From: Candidatus Dormibacter sp.
Lineage (GTDB): Bacteria; Chloroflexota; Dormibacteria; CF-121
Direction of reading: 5' to 3'
DNA: 64,000 bases
NCBI GenBank assembly: GCA_039922495.1
Contig: JBDTEO010000029.1
Coordinates: 74,811 to 138,810, forward strand
Of this stretch, positions 16,544 through 26,821 are shown piece after piece (position 1 is the first letter of the stretch; every line of letters begins with the position of its first letter). A model generated the notes under the pieces. That model saw nothing but the letters and a program-made list of their open reading frames with translations, searched no databases and had not been told where the DNA came from. The position numbers were made by a program, and so were the translations under genes.

Positions 16544-17590
16544 ATGGAGGGCAGTAACGTGCGGCAGGGTGACGCGGAAAATCTCGACGAGCTTCTGACC
16601 GCCACGCGCGAGCGGATCGCGGCGGCGCAGGATGAACCCGCCCTGGAGCATTTTCGGGTCGAGCTCCTGGGGAAGAAGGGCGCCGTCACGGCGGTGCTGC
16701 GCGGCGTTGGAAAGCTGCCGGCGGAGCAACGAGCCGCCCTCGGGGCCCGCGTCAATGGCGTCAAGGCGGAGATCGAGTCCCTGTTGCTTGCCCGCGCCGT
16801 GGCCCTCCAGGCAGCCCGGATGGAATCGATCGCGGAGGACGAATGGGCTGACGTCACGTTTGTCCCCGGCCCGCTTCGGCGTGGGCATCTCCATCCGCTA
16901 ACGCTGATCCTTCGCGAGGTCAAGGCGATTTTTTCCCGCATTGGCTACGAGGTGGCCGAAGGTCCGCAGGTGGAGGACGAGTTCCACAACTTCGAGGCGT
17001 TGAACATTCCCGCCGAGCATCCGGCACGGGAGACGATGGACAGCTTTTACCTTAAGGACCAAGGGCTGTTGCTCCGCACCCATACGTCCCCGGTGCAAAT
17101 CCGCTTCATGGAAGGCCACCAACCGCCCATCCGGATCATCGCGCCAGGCACCGTCTACCGGCGCGACGCGACCGACCCGGCCCACGGATCGCAGTTCAAT
17201 CAAGTCGAGGCGCTCTGCATCGATCGCGACATTCGGCTCAGCGACCTCAAGGGCACGATCGAGTACTTCGCACGTTCCCTCTTCGGCCCCGATCGCCGGA
17301 TCCGAATCACCGGCGATCACTTCCCATTCACCGAGCCGAGCATCGGGGCCGCCGTGTCCTGTGGCATCTGCGGCGGCGATGGTTGCCGGAGTTGCAAGGG
17401 CGGATGGCTCGAGATCATGGGCGCCGGTATGGTGCACCCCCAGGTGCTCCGCAACGGCGGCGTCGATCCGGACCAGTACTCCGGATTTGCCTTCGGGGCC
17501 GGGCTCGATCGCCTCGCGATGCTGAAATACAATGTCACCGATCTCCGACTGTTCCTCGAAGACGACGTGCGCTTCTTGAGGCAGTTCTAA
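16544..17590 (+). CDS. pheS: Phenylalanine--tRNA ligase alpha subunit
   Basis: Class II motifs (FNFEALNIP, LLRTHTSPVQ, GAGMVHP). TAATG junction with pheT. Confidence 0.92.
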   Translation: MEGSNVRQGDAENLDELLTATRERIAAAQDEPALEHFRVELLGKKGAVTAVLRGVGKLPAEQRAALGARVNGVKAEIESLLLARAVALQAARMESIAEDEWADVTFVPGPLRRGHLHPLTLILREVKAIFSRIGYEVAEGPQVEDEFHNFEALNIPAEHPARETMDSFYLKDQGLLLRTHTSPVQIRFMEGHQPPIRIIAPGTVYRRDATDPAHGSQFNQVEALCIDRDIRLSDLKGTIEYFARSLFGPDRRIRITGDHFPFTEPSIGAAVSCGICGGDGCRSCKGGWLEIMGAGMVHPQVLRNGGVDPDQYSGFAFGAGLDRLAMLKYNVTDLRLFLEDDVRFLRQF

Positions 17591-19944
17591 TGCGGTTCTC
17601 GGTCGACTGGCTGAAGGACTACGTCGAGGTTCCCGATGTCCTGGAGCTCGCCCAGCGGCTGACACGCGCCGGCAATGAGGTCGAGCGCGTGCTGGAGCAG
17701 GCGGTCGACTTCCAGGGCGTGATCGTCGCCCTGGTCGCGGAGCTGCGGCCCCATCCAAACGCCAACAAGCTGCAGCTGGTCAAAGTCTCCACCGGGACCG
17801 GGACGGTGGAGATCGTGACCGGGGCGACCAACCTCGCGGTCGGCGATCGCGTGCCGCTGGCGCTCAGCGGGGCGCGTCTGAAAGACCGGCAAATCGGTAG
17901 CCAGGTTTTTCGCGGCATCCGCTCGGAGGGCATGCTGTGCTCCGCGATCGAGCTTGGAGTGGGGGAGGATGCCGAGGGCATCCTGATCCTGGACCCCGGG
18001 GTCACGCCCGGTCAGGACGTGCGCACCCTCTTTCCCCGAGACACGATCCTCGAGGTCGAGATCAAGTCGAACCGGCCGGACCTGCTCTGCCACCTCGGCC
18101 TCGCCCGCGAGATCAGCGCCCTCTTCCAGGTACCGCTGCGACCCCCGCCGGCCGCGCGGACCGCAGCGCCCGAGCCGGCGGACCTGATCAAGCTCGAGGC
18201 GCCGCAAGCGTGCCGCCGCTTCGTCGCGCGCCGGCTGACGCGGGTTCGGGTTGGCACGTCGCCGCCTTGGATGCAGGCGCGGCTGCGAGCCGCCGGCGTC
18301 CGGCCGATCAGCAACGTCGTCGACATCACCAACTACGTCATGCTCGAGTTGGGGCAGCCGATGCACGCCTTCGACCAACGTCGCCTGCAAGGTGGCGGCC
18401 TTGTGGTCCGGAACGCCCGGGCCGGGGAGATGCTCGCCTGCCTGGACGGGAAGACCCGGGTGCTGGGACCGGATGACATCGTGGTTGCGGACGCCGAGCG
18501 CCCGCAGGCCCTGGCGGGGGTGATCGGCGGCTCGTCCAGCGCGGTCGGCGCGGGTACAACCGAAATCCTCCTCGAGGCGGCCACCTGGGAGCCGCGCCGG
18601 ATCCGGGCGTCATCCCGGCGGCTCGGCCTCCGGACGGAGGCCTCGTCGCGGTTCGAAAAGGGCTTGAGTCCGGCGCTCAGTCTGCCCGCTGTCGAGCGGG
18701 CCTCGGCCCTCCTCGCCGAGCTGGCCGGCGCCACCGAGGCCGGCCAGTCCGACCTCTATCCCGATCCGCTGACGCCGGTCGCCATCGACGGGACCCGGGC
18801 GCGTATCGAGCGGGTGCTTGGCATCGACGTGCCGATCCCCGAGGCGACGGCCATCCTGGAGCGCCTCGGTTTCAAGGTTCGCGCGACGCCCGATGCGCTC
18901 AGCGCGACGCCGCCGGACTTCCGTCTTGATTGCACCATTCCGGAGGACCTGGTCGAGGAGATCGGTCGCATCTACGGCTATGACCGTCTCCCGAGCACGT
19001 TGCCAGGCGAACGGATCGTGGTTCGCGACCTCTATCACGCGGAGGACGCCGACGAGTTGGTGCGCGAGGTGCTGGCGGGGGCGGCCTTCGATGAAGCGGT
19101 TACCAACAGCCTGGTCAGCAGCGACGCGACGGTTGAGGTTCGGATGCCTGGCGCGCCGGCTGACCTGCTCCGCCTCAAGAACCCGATGGCCGAGAACCGC
19201 AACGCGTTGCGGACCAGTCTCGTGCCCGGTCTCCTCGAAGCCGTCGCGTTGAACAGCCGCCAGGAGCAGCCAGGGGTGCATCTGTTCGAGCTGGGCACGA
19301 TCTTCTGGACCGCCGGAGCCGGCGTCACCGAGCACCGCGCGCTTGGAATGGCCGTCCACGCGCCGGCCGCGGCGGAGGGGGCCCTGCTGGCGCTTCGGGA
19401 CCTCCAGCGCACATTGGCCGTCGTCCGCGACCGGGTAGCCCTGGCTGGAATCACCTTCAGCCCCGGACGGGCCCCTGGGCTTCATCCAGGCCGGACGGCC
19501 ACGATCGTCGACGGGGGATCGATCATCGGCATCGCCGGCGAGGTTCATCCCGCGGTGCTGGCTCGGCTCGGCCTCGGCGGACGCGCGGTGGCCGCCGAGG
19601 TCCTGCTCGATGCCTTCGTCGGAGTCGGGCCGCGAACCCCGCAGGCGCACGCTTTGCCGCGGTTTCCGGGGGTCCGGCGGGACCTTACGGTGGTCGTCCA
19701 GGGCCACGTTCTGGCCAGCGAGCTCCTGCAAGTTATGGAACGCCTTGGTGGTTACACGTTGCGGGAGATTTCCATGCTCAGTGAATACCAGGGGCCTCAA
19801 GCGGGCGCCGGCGCCCGTAACCTCTCGTTCCGACTCCAGTACCAGGCTGACGACCGTACCCTCACGAGTGAGGAAGTCGCCACCATTCATCAGCGCATCA
19901 TCGACGGGGTCAAGCAGCAGTTCAACGCCGAGGTGCGCGCCTGA
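17590..19944 (+). CDS. pheT: Phenylalanine--tRNA ligase beta subunit
   Basis: ATG 17590 (MRFSVDWLKDYV). tRNA-binding, B3/4, B5 and FDX-ACB regions are recognisable. The ORF-track start at 17383 lies inside pheS. Confidence 0.92.
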   Translation: MRFSVDWLKDYVEVPDVLELAQRLTRAGNEVERVLEQAVDFQGVIVALVAELRPHPNANKLQLVKVSTGTGTVEIVTGATNLAVGDRVPLALSGARLKDRQIGSQVFRGIRSEGMLCSAIELGVGEDAEGILILDPGVTPGQDVRTLFPRDTILEVEIKSNRPDLLCHLGLAREISALFQVPLRPPPAARTAAPEPADLIKLEAPQACRRFVARRLTRVRVGTSPPWMQARLRAAGVRPISNVVDITNYVMLELGQPMHAFDQRRLQGGGLVVRNARAGEMLACLDGKTRVLGPDDIVVADAERPQALAGVIGGSSSAVGAGTTEILLEAATWEPRRIRASSRRLGLRTEASSRFEKGLSPALSLPAVERASALLAELAGATEAGQSDLYPDPLTPVAIDGTRARIERVLGIDVPIPEATAILERLGFKVRATPDALSATPPDFRLDCTIPEDLVEEIGRIYGYDRLPSTLPGERIVVRDLYHAEDADELVREVLAGAAFDEAVTNSLVSSDATVEVRMPGAPADLLRLKNPMAENRNALRTSLVPGLLEAVALNSRQEQPGVHLFELGTIFWTAGAGVTEHRALGMAVHAPAAAEGALLALRDLQRTLAVVRDRVALAGITFSPGRAPGLHPGRTATIVDGGSIIGIAGEVHPAVLARLGLGGRAVAAEVLLDAFVGVGPRTPQAHALPRFPGVRRDLTVVVQGHVLASELLQVMERLGGYTLREISMLSEYQGPQAGAGARNLSFRLQYQADDRTLTSEEVATIHQRIIDGVKQQFNAEVRA

Positions 19945-20504
19945 TGAACGCCCTTGACCTGGTCATCATCGCGCTGTTACTGGGGAACATGATCCTGGGC
20001 TGGGCCTTCGGGCTGGTCCGCCGCGTCATCGCCTTCGCGGGCCTCTTCGCCGGCCTGGGCGCCGCCACCCTGACCAGCGCCAACACCTCTGCCTACATTG
20101 GCAACTCGTTCGGGATCACCTCAGCGATGTGGGCCCACGTCGTCACCTACACGGTGGTCGTGACCGGAGCGGTGATCCTCTTCGAGATCCTCGGGGCCGT
20201 CTACCAACGCCATATCGACAACCTGGTGGCGCCGGCGTTCGACCGCATCGCCGGGGTGATGACGGGCGTCGTGGTCGCCGCCTTCGAAGTGACGATCGTT
20301 CTGATCATTGGGATCGGCCTGGTGACGACCACCCTGCCAGCCGGCTACGGGACGCCGTCGGCCTTCCTGACCTGGCGGGAGTGGTTCAACACCTCACTCC
20401 TCGCGCCGCACTTCTACAGCCTCGAGCCCCTGACCAGCACGATTTTCGCGATGGTCCTGCCCTCGAGCGTCAGCTCCTACTTCACCCAACTGATCGGGCA
20501 CTAG
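19944..20504 (+). CDS. cvpA: CvpA-family membrane protein
   Basis: MNALDLVIIALLL..GWAFGLVR N-terminus and four hydrophobic spans. TGATG junction with pheT. Confidence 0.7.
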   Translation: MNALDLVIIALLLGNMILGWAFGLVRRVIAFAGLFAGLGAATLTSANTSAYIGNSFGITSAMWAHVVTYTVVVTGAVILFEILGAVYQRHIDNLVAPAFDRIAGVMTGVVVAAFEVTIVLIIGIGLVTTTLPAGYGTPSAFLTWREWFNTSLLAPHFYSLEPLTSTIFAMVLPSSVSSYFTQLIGH

Positions 20505-20534
20505 CCCCCCGGCGGCGGATACGCTAGCGGCGTC

Positions 20535-21161
20535 TTGATTCCCCTTACGCCCCGGCTCTCCCGACGCTTCTTCGCCAGGGATCCGGTCGTGGTGGCGCGC
20601 GACCTGCTCGGTAGAATCCTCTTCTACCGGACCGACGCGGGTGTGCTCGCAGGCCGCATCGTGGAGACCGAAGCCTATACCGGAACGACCGATCCCGCCT
20701 CGCACGCCTTCCGCGGCCCAACCGCCCGCACCGGCGTCATGTTCGGCGCACCGGGATTCACCTATGTCTATTTCACCTATGGCATGCATCACTGCCTCAA
20801 CGTGACGGCGGACCTTCCCGGAACCGCAGGCGCCGTTCTGCTTCGCGCCCTCGAACCGCTCGCCGGGCAGGACCTGATGCGCAGCCGTGGTGATACCGGT
20901 CCGGACGCCCGCCTGCTGAGCGGACCGGGGAAGATCGGGCGGGCCTTCGGGCTCTCCCTGGCCGACAACGGTCGCGACCTGACCCGAGGACCGCTGGGCA
21001 TTGCGCTTGGAGCACCGGTCCCGGATCATGCCATCGCGATTACTCCCCGCATTGGCATCAGCCGCGGAACCGATAGTCCCTACCGGTTTGTGATCCGGTC
21101 CAGCAAATCCGTCTCCGGCCGGCCCGTCGCGGCCGGCGTTAGTGGGGCAAGACGACGGTGA
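20535..21161 (+). CDS. mpg: DNA-3-methyladenine glycosylase (AAG/Mpg family)
   Basis: TTG start. FFARDPVVVARDLLG, RIVETEAYTG..DPASHAFRG, PGFTYVYFTYGMHHCLNV. Confidence 0.88.
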   Translation: MIPLTPRLSRRFFARDPVVVARDLLGRILFYRTDAGVLAGRIVETEAYTGTTDPASHAFRGPTARTGVMFGAPGFTYVYFTYGMHHCLNVTADLPGTAGAVLLRALEPLAGQDLMRSRGDTGPDARLLSGPGKIGRAFGLSLADNGRDLTRGPLGIALGAPVPDHAIAITPRIGISRGTDSPYRFVIRSSKSVSGRPVAAGVSGARRR

Positions 21162-23637
21162 TCGTCTGCGCGGCGGGGGCGTTGGCCGGGTTGTAGTCGT
21201 AGGCCTGGACGATCACGGTGTGGCTGCTATTGGGTTTGCCGTTGACCACGAAGGTGTAGGGCGCCTGTGTCAGGCGCACCGGGTTGGTCGCCCCATCGAG
21301 GAAGAAATCGACTTCCTTGATCGCCTCGTCGTCGGAGGCCTGCGCCGTCACAAGCACGGTGCCGTCCGCCTGGTCCGCCTGGCTGAGCGAGAGCGTCGGC
21401 GGGGTCGTTTCGGTTAGCAGCTGGCAGTTCTGCGTTGGCGGCTGCGGGTTCTTCTTGTCTTTCAGGTCATCGGGATATCCCGGTGGGTAAACCAGGAAGG
21501 ACTTGAGCGCGGTGAAATTCTGCGGAATGTCCGGCGTGGCGAGCAGGCCATCGGTGGTGCACACGCGCATCTGGCGGTACCAGTCGTCGTCGCGGTTCGG
21601 CGCCGTCCCGGCGATGAACCAATCCGTGAAGGTCTGGCCGGCGCAGTTGGCCGTCGCCTTGAGACCGCTGGCCTTGCAGACGGTCACTTTCTTGAGGCCA
21701 TCCGGGACCGCGAAGTCCTTGACGGGCTTGGACGCCTCATAGCTGTTGAAGATGTCGCGGAAGATCAGGCCGGCCCCCTGGACCCCCCAGACCACGTTCA
21801 GGTTCGAGTTGACATTGGCGGCACAGCCGCCGGCGCACGTGTGACCCATCCAGCTGCCGATCACGATGTCCGGGTTGTAGCCGACCAGCCAGGAATCGTG
21901 CCAGTTCTCCGTGGTCCCGGTTTTGGCGGCGAAGGGCCGCTTGATGTTCAGGGCGGCCCCGACCGGCTTGAGGATGTCGCTCATCAGGAAGGCCACCTGC
22001 GGTGAGAGGACGCGGACGCCGCCGTCCGGCTTCCATTGCTGGAGGATTTTGCCGGTGCTGTCCTGGACCTTGAGGATGACCGTGGGTGCGTGGTAGATCC
22101 CGCCCGAGGCGAAGACGCCATAGGCGTTGAAATGCTGGAGGGGCAAGACTTCCGTCGACCCGATGGCTTGCGCCAGGCCGCGCTCCGGGGTGAGGTTGGC
22201 GCCGGTCAACCCCATCATGCGGGCGGTCTGGAAGACCCGATCGTACCCGAGTTGTTTCATCAGTTTGAGCGCCGGGATGTTGCGCGACTCCTCGAGCGCC
22301 CGCCGAATGGTGATGATCCCCTCGCTGCGGTGATCCCAGTCGACGAACGCGTGCCCATCGATCTTCCCCTGCGTGTCGTTGATCAGGTTCGACGGCGCGT
22401 AGCCGTTGGAGAGCGCCGTGGCGTAGACGTAAACCTTGAAGGAGGAGCCAGGCTGGCGGCCCTGACCGTCGGTGATGACGTTGTACTGCCCGCCAATACC
22501 CTGGTCGTAGTAGTTGGCGCTGCCCACCATGGCGAGCACCTGCCCGCTGTTGGGATCGATGACCTCGGCCGCCCCATTGTTGACGTTTCTCGCCTTCAGG
22601 TCAGGCCGGTTCACCTCGGTGGTCACGGCCTTTTCGGCAACCTGCTGAAGCGGGTAGTCGAGCGTCGTGGTGACCTGCAGGCCGCCCGAGCTGACGACGT
22701 CGGCGCCATACTGCTTGCTCAACTGGCTCAGGACATAATCGACGAACCAGGGCGCTTTGACGTCGCGTTGGATGCTGCCGTTCTTGTAGACGAGCGGCTC
22801 TTTTAGGGCCACAGCGTACTCGCGATCGGTGATGTAGTGATCCCGCAGCAAATCCCGGAGCACGAGGGCCTGGCGATCGCGAGCATTCTGCGCGGTCAGG
22901 GGGTTGAGCGGGTCGAACTGCGAAGGCGAATTCGGGATGGCGGCCAGCATCGCCGACTCAGCGATGTCGAGGTTCTTCGCCGGCTTGGCGAAGTAGGTCT
23001 GGGAGGCAGCCTCGATGCCATAGGCTTCATGGCCGTAGAAAATCTGGTTGAGATAGAGGGTCAGGATGTCATTCTTCGAATAGCGGCGCTCGATTTCGAG
23101 CGCCAGGACTGCCTCGCGAACCTTCCGCTCGATCGACGTGTCCGTACCGACGAACATGCGCTTGACCAGCTGCTGGGTGATCGTGCTTCCACCCTGGATC
23201 GCCTTTTGGTGAGTCACGTCGGCGATCGCCGCGCCGACGGTCCGCTGGACGTCGATGCCGTGATGGGTGTAAAACTGGCGATCCTCGAGCGCGATGGTCG
23301 CCTGAACCAGGTGGGTGGAAATTGCCGCGAGGGGGATGACCGTCCGCACGACGCCCTCGGTGTGTTTGACATAGAGGAGCGTCCCATTTCGGTCGTAGAT
23401 CTTGGTCGCCTGGGCCAGCTCCTTGGGGCTGAGTGAGCTCGGGTCGGGAAGGTCCCTGGTGTAGGTTTGGTACTTGTCGTACGCCTCCGCCCCGCCGCTG
23501 AGGCTCAGCGTGGCGATGATGGTGAGGGCGATGACCAGGAGCTTCGGGCCGCCCCCGCGCCGGCGTCGGGCTCGCCGAACGATGCCGAGCACGCGGAGAG
23601 CCGCGTGCCGCGCGAGCCGTTGCCTTTCTGAGAGCAC
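21139..23637 (-). CDS. Class A penicillin-binding protein (glycosyltransferase + transpeptidase) with a C-terminal Ig-like extension
   Basis: GT51 motif EDRQFYTHHGID. Transpeptidase SSFK, SRN and KTGT motifs. I prefer GTG 23637 (VLSERQ..., then a basic stretch and a TM helix). The ORF-track ATG at 23748 would overlap tyrS. Confidence 0.88.
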   Translation of the reverse strand: MLSERQRLARHAALRVLGIVRRARRRRGGGPKLLVIALTIIATLSLSGGAEAYDKYQTYTRDLPDPSSLSPKELAQATKIYDRNGTLLYVKHTEGVVRTVIPLAAISTHLVQATIALEDRQFYTHHGIDVQRTVGAAIADVTHQKAIQGGSTITQQLVKRMFVGTDTSIERKVREAVLALEIERRYSKNDILTLYLNQIFYGHEAYGIEAASQTYFAKPAKNLDIAESAMLAAIPNSPSQFDPLNPLTAQNARDRQALVLRDLLRDHYITDREYAVALKEPLVYKNGSIQRDVKAPWFVDYVLSQLSKQYGADVVSSGGLQVTTTLDYPLQQVAEKAVTTEVNRPDLKARNVNNGAAEVIDPNSGQVLAMVGSANYYDQGIGGQYNVITDGQGRQPGSSFKVYVYATALSNGYAPSNLINDTQGKIDGHAFVDWDHRSEGIITIRRALEESRNIPALKLMKQLGYDRVFQTARMMGLTGANLTPERGLAQAIGSTEVLPLQHFNAYGVFASGGIYHAPTVILKVQDSTGKILQQWKPDGGVRVLSPQVAFLMSDILKPVGAALNIKRPFAAKTGTTENWHDSWLVGYNPDIVIGSWMGHTCAGGCAANVNSNLNVVWGVQGAGLIFRDIFNSYEASKPVKDFAVPDGLKKVTVCKASGLKATANCAGQTFTDWFIAGTAPNRDDDWYRQMRVCTTDGLLATPDIPQNFTALKSFLVYPPGYPDDLKDKKNPQPPTQNCQLLTETTPPTLSLSQADQADGTVLVTAQASDDEAIKEVDFFLDGATNPVRLTQAPYTFVVNGKPNSSHTVIVQAYDYNPANAPAAQTITVVLPH

Positions 23638-23725
23638 CGCGTCTATAACGGTTGGGCTCGGTAAAAAGCACAGTGATTGAATACAGCCGCGTATATACTC
23701 GGCGTCTGAAAGGCGTGACGAACCG

Positions 23726-24916
23726 ATGAAGGAACGACAAAGCCCCAATGCGACGGCCTGGCACGCCCTGACCAGCGGCGCGGTCGAGATCGTGGACCGC
23801 GCTCATTTACAACAGCGCATCGAGCGGGGGGATCGCCTTCGAGTCAAGCTCGGCCTCGACCCGACCAGGCCGGACCTCCACCTCGGCCACACCGTCCCGC
23901 TTCGGGAGCTGCGGCGATTCCAGGACCAGGGCCATACGGCCGTCCTCATCATCGGCGATACGACGGCCAGGATTGGCGATCCCTCGGGGCAGAGCGTGAC
24001 CCGGCCCCAGCTGAGCCGGTCGCAGGTGGCCGCGGCCTCTGAGACCTATCTCAAGCAGGCCTGGAAAATTCTTGACCGGGCCCGAACCGAGGTGCGCCAC
24101 CAGGCCGAGTGGTTCGACAAGATGACGCTTGACGACATCGTCGGCCTGATGAGCAAATACACCGCGGCGCGAATGCTCGCGCGTGAGGACTTCGCCAAGC
24201 GCATGAAGGAAGGCCGGCCGGTCGGCCTGCACGAGCTGCTCTATCCCCTGTTGCAGGGGTTCGATTCCGTGGCCGTTCGATCCGATGTCGAGCTCGGTGG
24301 AACCGACCAGACCTTCAACCTGCTCGTCGGCCGGGACCTCCAGGAAGCCTTCGGGCAGCCACCGCAGGACATCCTGACGATGCCCCTGCTGGAGGGCACC
24401 GATGGGGTCCAGAAGATGAGCAAGAGCTTGGACAACTACATCGGGATCGACGAACCGCCCGAGGTGATCTATCGAAAGGCGCTCGCGATTCCGGACCAGC
24501 TGATCACCCGCTACCTCTCCCTGGTGACGGAGGCGACGCCCGAGGAGGTCGCCGCCGAGGCTGCGGCGCTGAAGGCCGGCGAGAACCCGCGGGACGTCAA
24601 GCGCCGGCTCGCCGAGCGGCTGGTTCGCCAGTTTCATCCGGACGCAGCGCCGGAAGAATATCGCGGCACTGACGGGACGTTTAAGACCGCCGGTCCGACC
24701 GAGGCAGGGCTGCAGCCGGGTGAGCGAACGGTCGCGCAGCTCTTCCTGGACGCCGGCCTGGTGGCAAGCAAGAGCGAAGCCCGCCGCCTCGCCGGGCAAC
24801 GTGGACTCTCGATCAACGAGCAAGCGATCGCGTCGGCGGACGAGAAAGTGACCCCCGTGGATGGATGGCTGCTGCGGCGCGGTGCGCATCGGGTGGTCCG
24901 GCTGAGCGTGCGCTAA
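23726..24916 (+). CDS. tyrS: Tyrosine--tRNA ligase
   Basis: HIGH motif DLHLGH, KMSKS motif, C-terminal S4-like domain. Confidence 0.92.
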   Translation: MKERQSPNATAWHALTSGAVEIVDRAHLQQRIERGDRLRVKLGLDPTRPDLHLGHTVPLRELRRFQDQGHTAVLIIGDTTARIGDPSGQSVTRPQLSRSQVAAASETYLKQAWKILDRARTEVRHQAEWFDKMTLDDIVGLMSKYTAARMLAREDFAKRMKEGRPVGLHELLYPLLQGFDSVAVRSDVELGGTDQTFNLLVGRDLQEAFGQPPQDILTMPLLEGTDGVQKMSKSLDNYIGIDEPPEVIYRKALAIPDQLITRYLSLVTEATPEEVAAEAAALKAGENPRDVKRRLAERLVRQFHPDAAPEEYRGTDGTFKTAGPTEAGLQPGERTVAQLFLDAGLVASKSEARRLAGQRGLSINEQAIASADEKVTPVDGWLLRRGAHRVVRLSVR

Positions 24917-24933
24917 ACTCGGGACGGGGAACG

Positions 24934-25689
24934 ATGTCTGGACATTCAAAGTGGTCGTCGATCAAGCACAAGAAGGCGCTGACGGACGCCCGCAAAGGCC
25001 AGCAGTTCACCAAGATGGCTCGCGAGATCTCGATCGCGGCTCGCGAAGGGGGCGGCAATTCGGATGGCAACTACCGGCTGCGCCTCGCGATCGAGAAGGC
25101 CCGCGACGTCAACATGCCGCAGGACAACGTGCAGCGGGCGATCAAGCGCGGGACGGGCGAGCTCGGCGGCGCGCAGATGGAAGAGCTCCGCTTCGAGGGC
25201 TATGGCCCGCACGGCGTTGCGATCATGGTGGATACCGTCACGGACAACCGGAACCGCACCAGCGGTGAAGTCCGAAACCTGTTTAGCCGGGCGGGTGGCA
25301 ACCTGGGAGCGACCGGGAGTGTCAGCTGGATGTTCACCCGGCAGGGGCAGATCGTCGTCGACGCCGATGGGCACGATCCCGACGAGGTCGGCCTCGAGGC
25401 CATCGATCTCGGGGCGACCGACGCCCGGGTCGACCGCGGCACGGTCGAGGTGATCACCGACCCGGCGCGCCTCGAACCGGTGCAGGAGGGCCTCAAGAAG
25501 AAAGGGTTCAAGATCGAGTCGGCCGAGGTGAGCATGAACGCCTCGCAGGTCGTCTCGCTCAACGAAAACAGCGCGCCGGGTGTCCTCAAGCTCCTGGACC
25601 TGCTCGAGGAGCATGACGATGTCCAAGCGGTGTACTCGAACATCGATGTCCCGGCCGACGTCATGGAACGCATCAGCGAACGGGTTTGA
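24934..25689 (+). CDS. yebC: YebC/PmpR-family DNA-binding transcriptional regulator
   Basis: ATG 24934, MSGHSKWSSIKHKKA.... Confidence 0.92.
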   Translation: MSGHSKWSSIKHKKALTDARKGQQFTKMAREISIAAREGGGNSDGNYRLRLAIEKARDVNMPQDNVQRAIKRGTGELGGAQMEELRFEGYGPHGVAIMVDTVTDNRNRTSGEVRNLFSRAGGNLGATGSVSWMFTRQGQIVVDADGHDPDEVGLEAIDLGATDARVDRGTVEVITDPARLEPVQEGLKKKGFKIESAEVSMNASQVVSLNENSAPGVLKLLDLLEEHDDVQAVYSNIDVPADVMERISERV

Positions 25690-26225
25690 GCGTGAGGCCA
25701 CCGAGCGAAGGCTTTCTCGTTCTTGGCATCGACCCAGGCCTGGCCGACACTGGCTATGGTGCCGTTCGGCGTCTAAATGGGCGCCTGACACTCGTGACCT
25801 GCGGCACGCTGAAGACCCCGGCGAACATCGCCGAGCCCCAGCGGCTCCGCCTCCTTGCGGAACAGATGCGGGTCCTGCTCAACGACCTGCATCCTGAAGC
25901 GGCCGCCTTCGAGGAGCTCTTCTTCAGTAAGAACGTTCGGACCGCCATGGCTGTCGGCCAGGCACGCGGCGTGGCCCTGCTCTCGGCCGTGGAGGCCGGA
26001 GCGCTGGTGCACGAGTACACCCCGAACCAGGTCAAGCTCTCGGTGACCGGCTACGGGGCCGCCACCAAGAGCCAGATGCTCAAGATGGTCCAGTCCCTGC
26101 TGGGCACCAGGCAACTACCGCGCTCCGACGACGCGATCGACGCGCTGGCGATCGCGATCTGCCACCACCACAGCGGCCGGTTACGGAGTTTGGTGAGCCG
26201 GGCTCCGGTGGGCGCGCCGGCGTGA
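25686..26225 (+). CDS. ruvC: Holliday junction resolvase RuvC
   Basis: TTGA overlap with yebC. LGIDPGLADTGYG and C-terminal DAIDALAIAICH. Confidence 0.9.
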   Translation: MSVRPPSEGFLVLGIDPGLADTGYGAVRRLNGRLTLVTCGTLKTPANIAEPQRLRLLAEQMRVLLNDLHPEAAAFEELFFSKNVRTAMAVGQARGVALLSAVEAGALVHEYTPNQVKLSVTGYGAATKSQMLKMVQSLLGTRQLPRSDDAIDALAIAICHHHSGRLRSLVSRAPVGAPA

Positions 26226-26821
26226 TCGGCAGCCTGGAAGGCGTGCTCGCCCAACGTGGCGAGGATTCGATCATCCTCGACGTGCATGGCGTGGGCTACC
26301 TGGTCACGGTCGGCGGCCGCACGCTGACGGAGCTGCCCCGGCCCGGTGAACGGTTGCGGCTCTACACCTACACCTATGTCCGCGAGGACGCCCTTGGCCT
26401 CTTTGGCTTTCTTAGGCCAGAGGAGCTCACCTTCTTTAAGCTCCTGTTGTCAGTCAAAGGGATCGGGCCAAAGGCCGCCCTGGCAATCCTGAGTCGCGCC
26501 GAACTCCGCGTCCTCAAGCGGGCGGTGCTCCAGGAGGACGCGGCGCTGCTAGCAACGGTGCCGGGAATCGGATCCAAGACCGCCGCCCGCGTCGTGCTCG
26601 AGCTCAAGGGCAAGCTGCGCGAGGAGATCTTCCCCGAGGAACGGCCGGCCGACGCGGCCCCAACCGACGCCATGGCCGAAGCCGTCCAGGTGCTGACCGG
26701 GCTCGGGTACACGCCGGCTGAGGCCAGGGAGGCCGTCCGGCATGTTGGCAGTGGCAATGGCGGTGGTCACTCCGTCGAACAGCTGGTGACGGTCGCCCTC
26801 AAAGGCCTGGATCGCGGATGA
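26222..26821 (+). CDS. ruvA: Holliday junction branch migration protein RuvA
   Basis: GTGA overlap. MIGSLEGVL..., HhH motifs [13 protein letters not shown] and [12 protein letters not shown]. Confidence 0.92.
   Translation: MIGSLEGVLAQRGEDSIILDVHGVGYLVTVGGRTLTELPRPGERLRLYTYTYVREDALGLFGFLRPEELTFFKLLLSVKGIGPKAALAILSRAELRVLKRAVLQEDAALLATVPGIGSKTAARVVLELKGKLREEIFPEERPADAAPTDAMAEAVQVLTGLGYTPAEAREAVRHVGSGNGGGHSVEQLVTVALKGLDRG

Noticed and set aside
21139-21161. A 23-nt overlap of the convergent 3' ends of mpg (+) and the PBP gene (-).
   Set aside because: Both stops are unambiguous and both C-termini are non-conserved tails. This is plausible genome compaction rather than a feature in itself.
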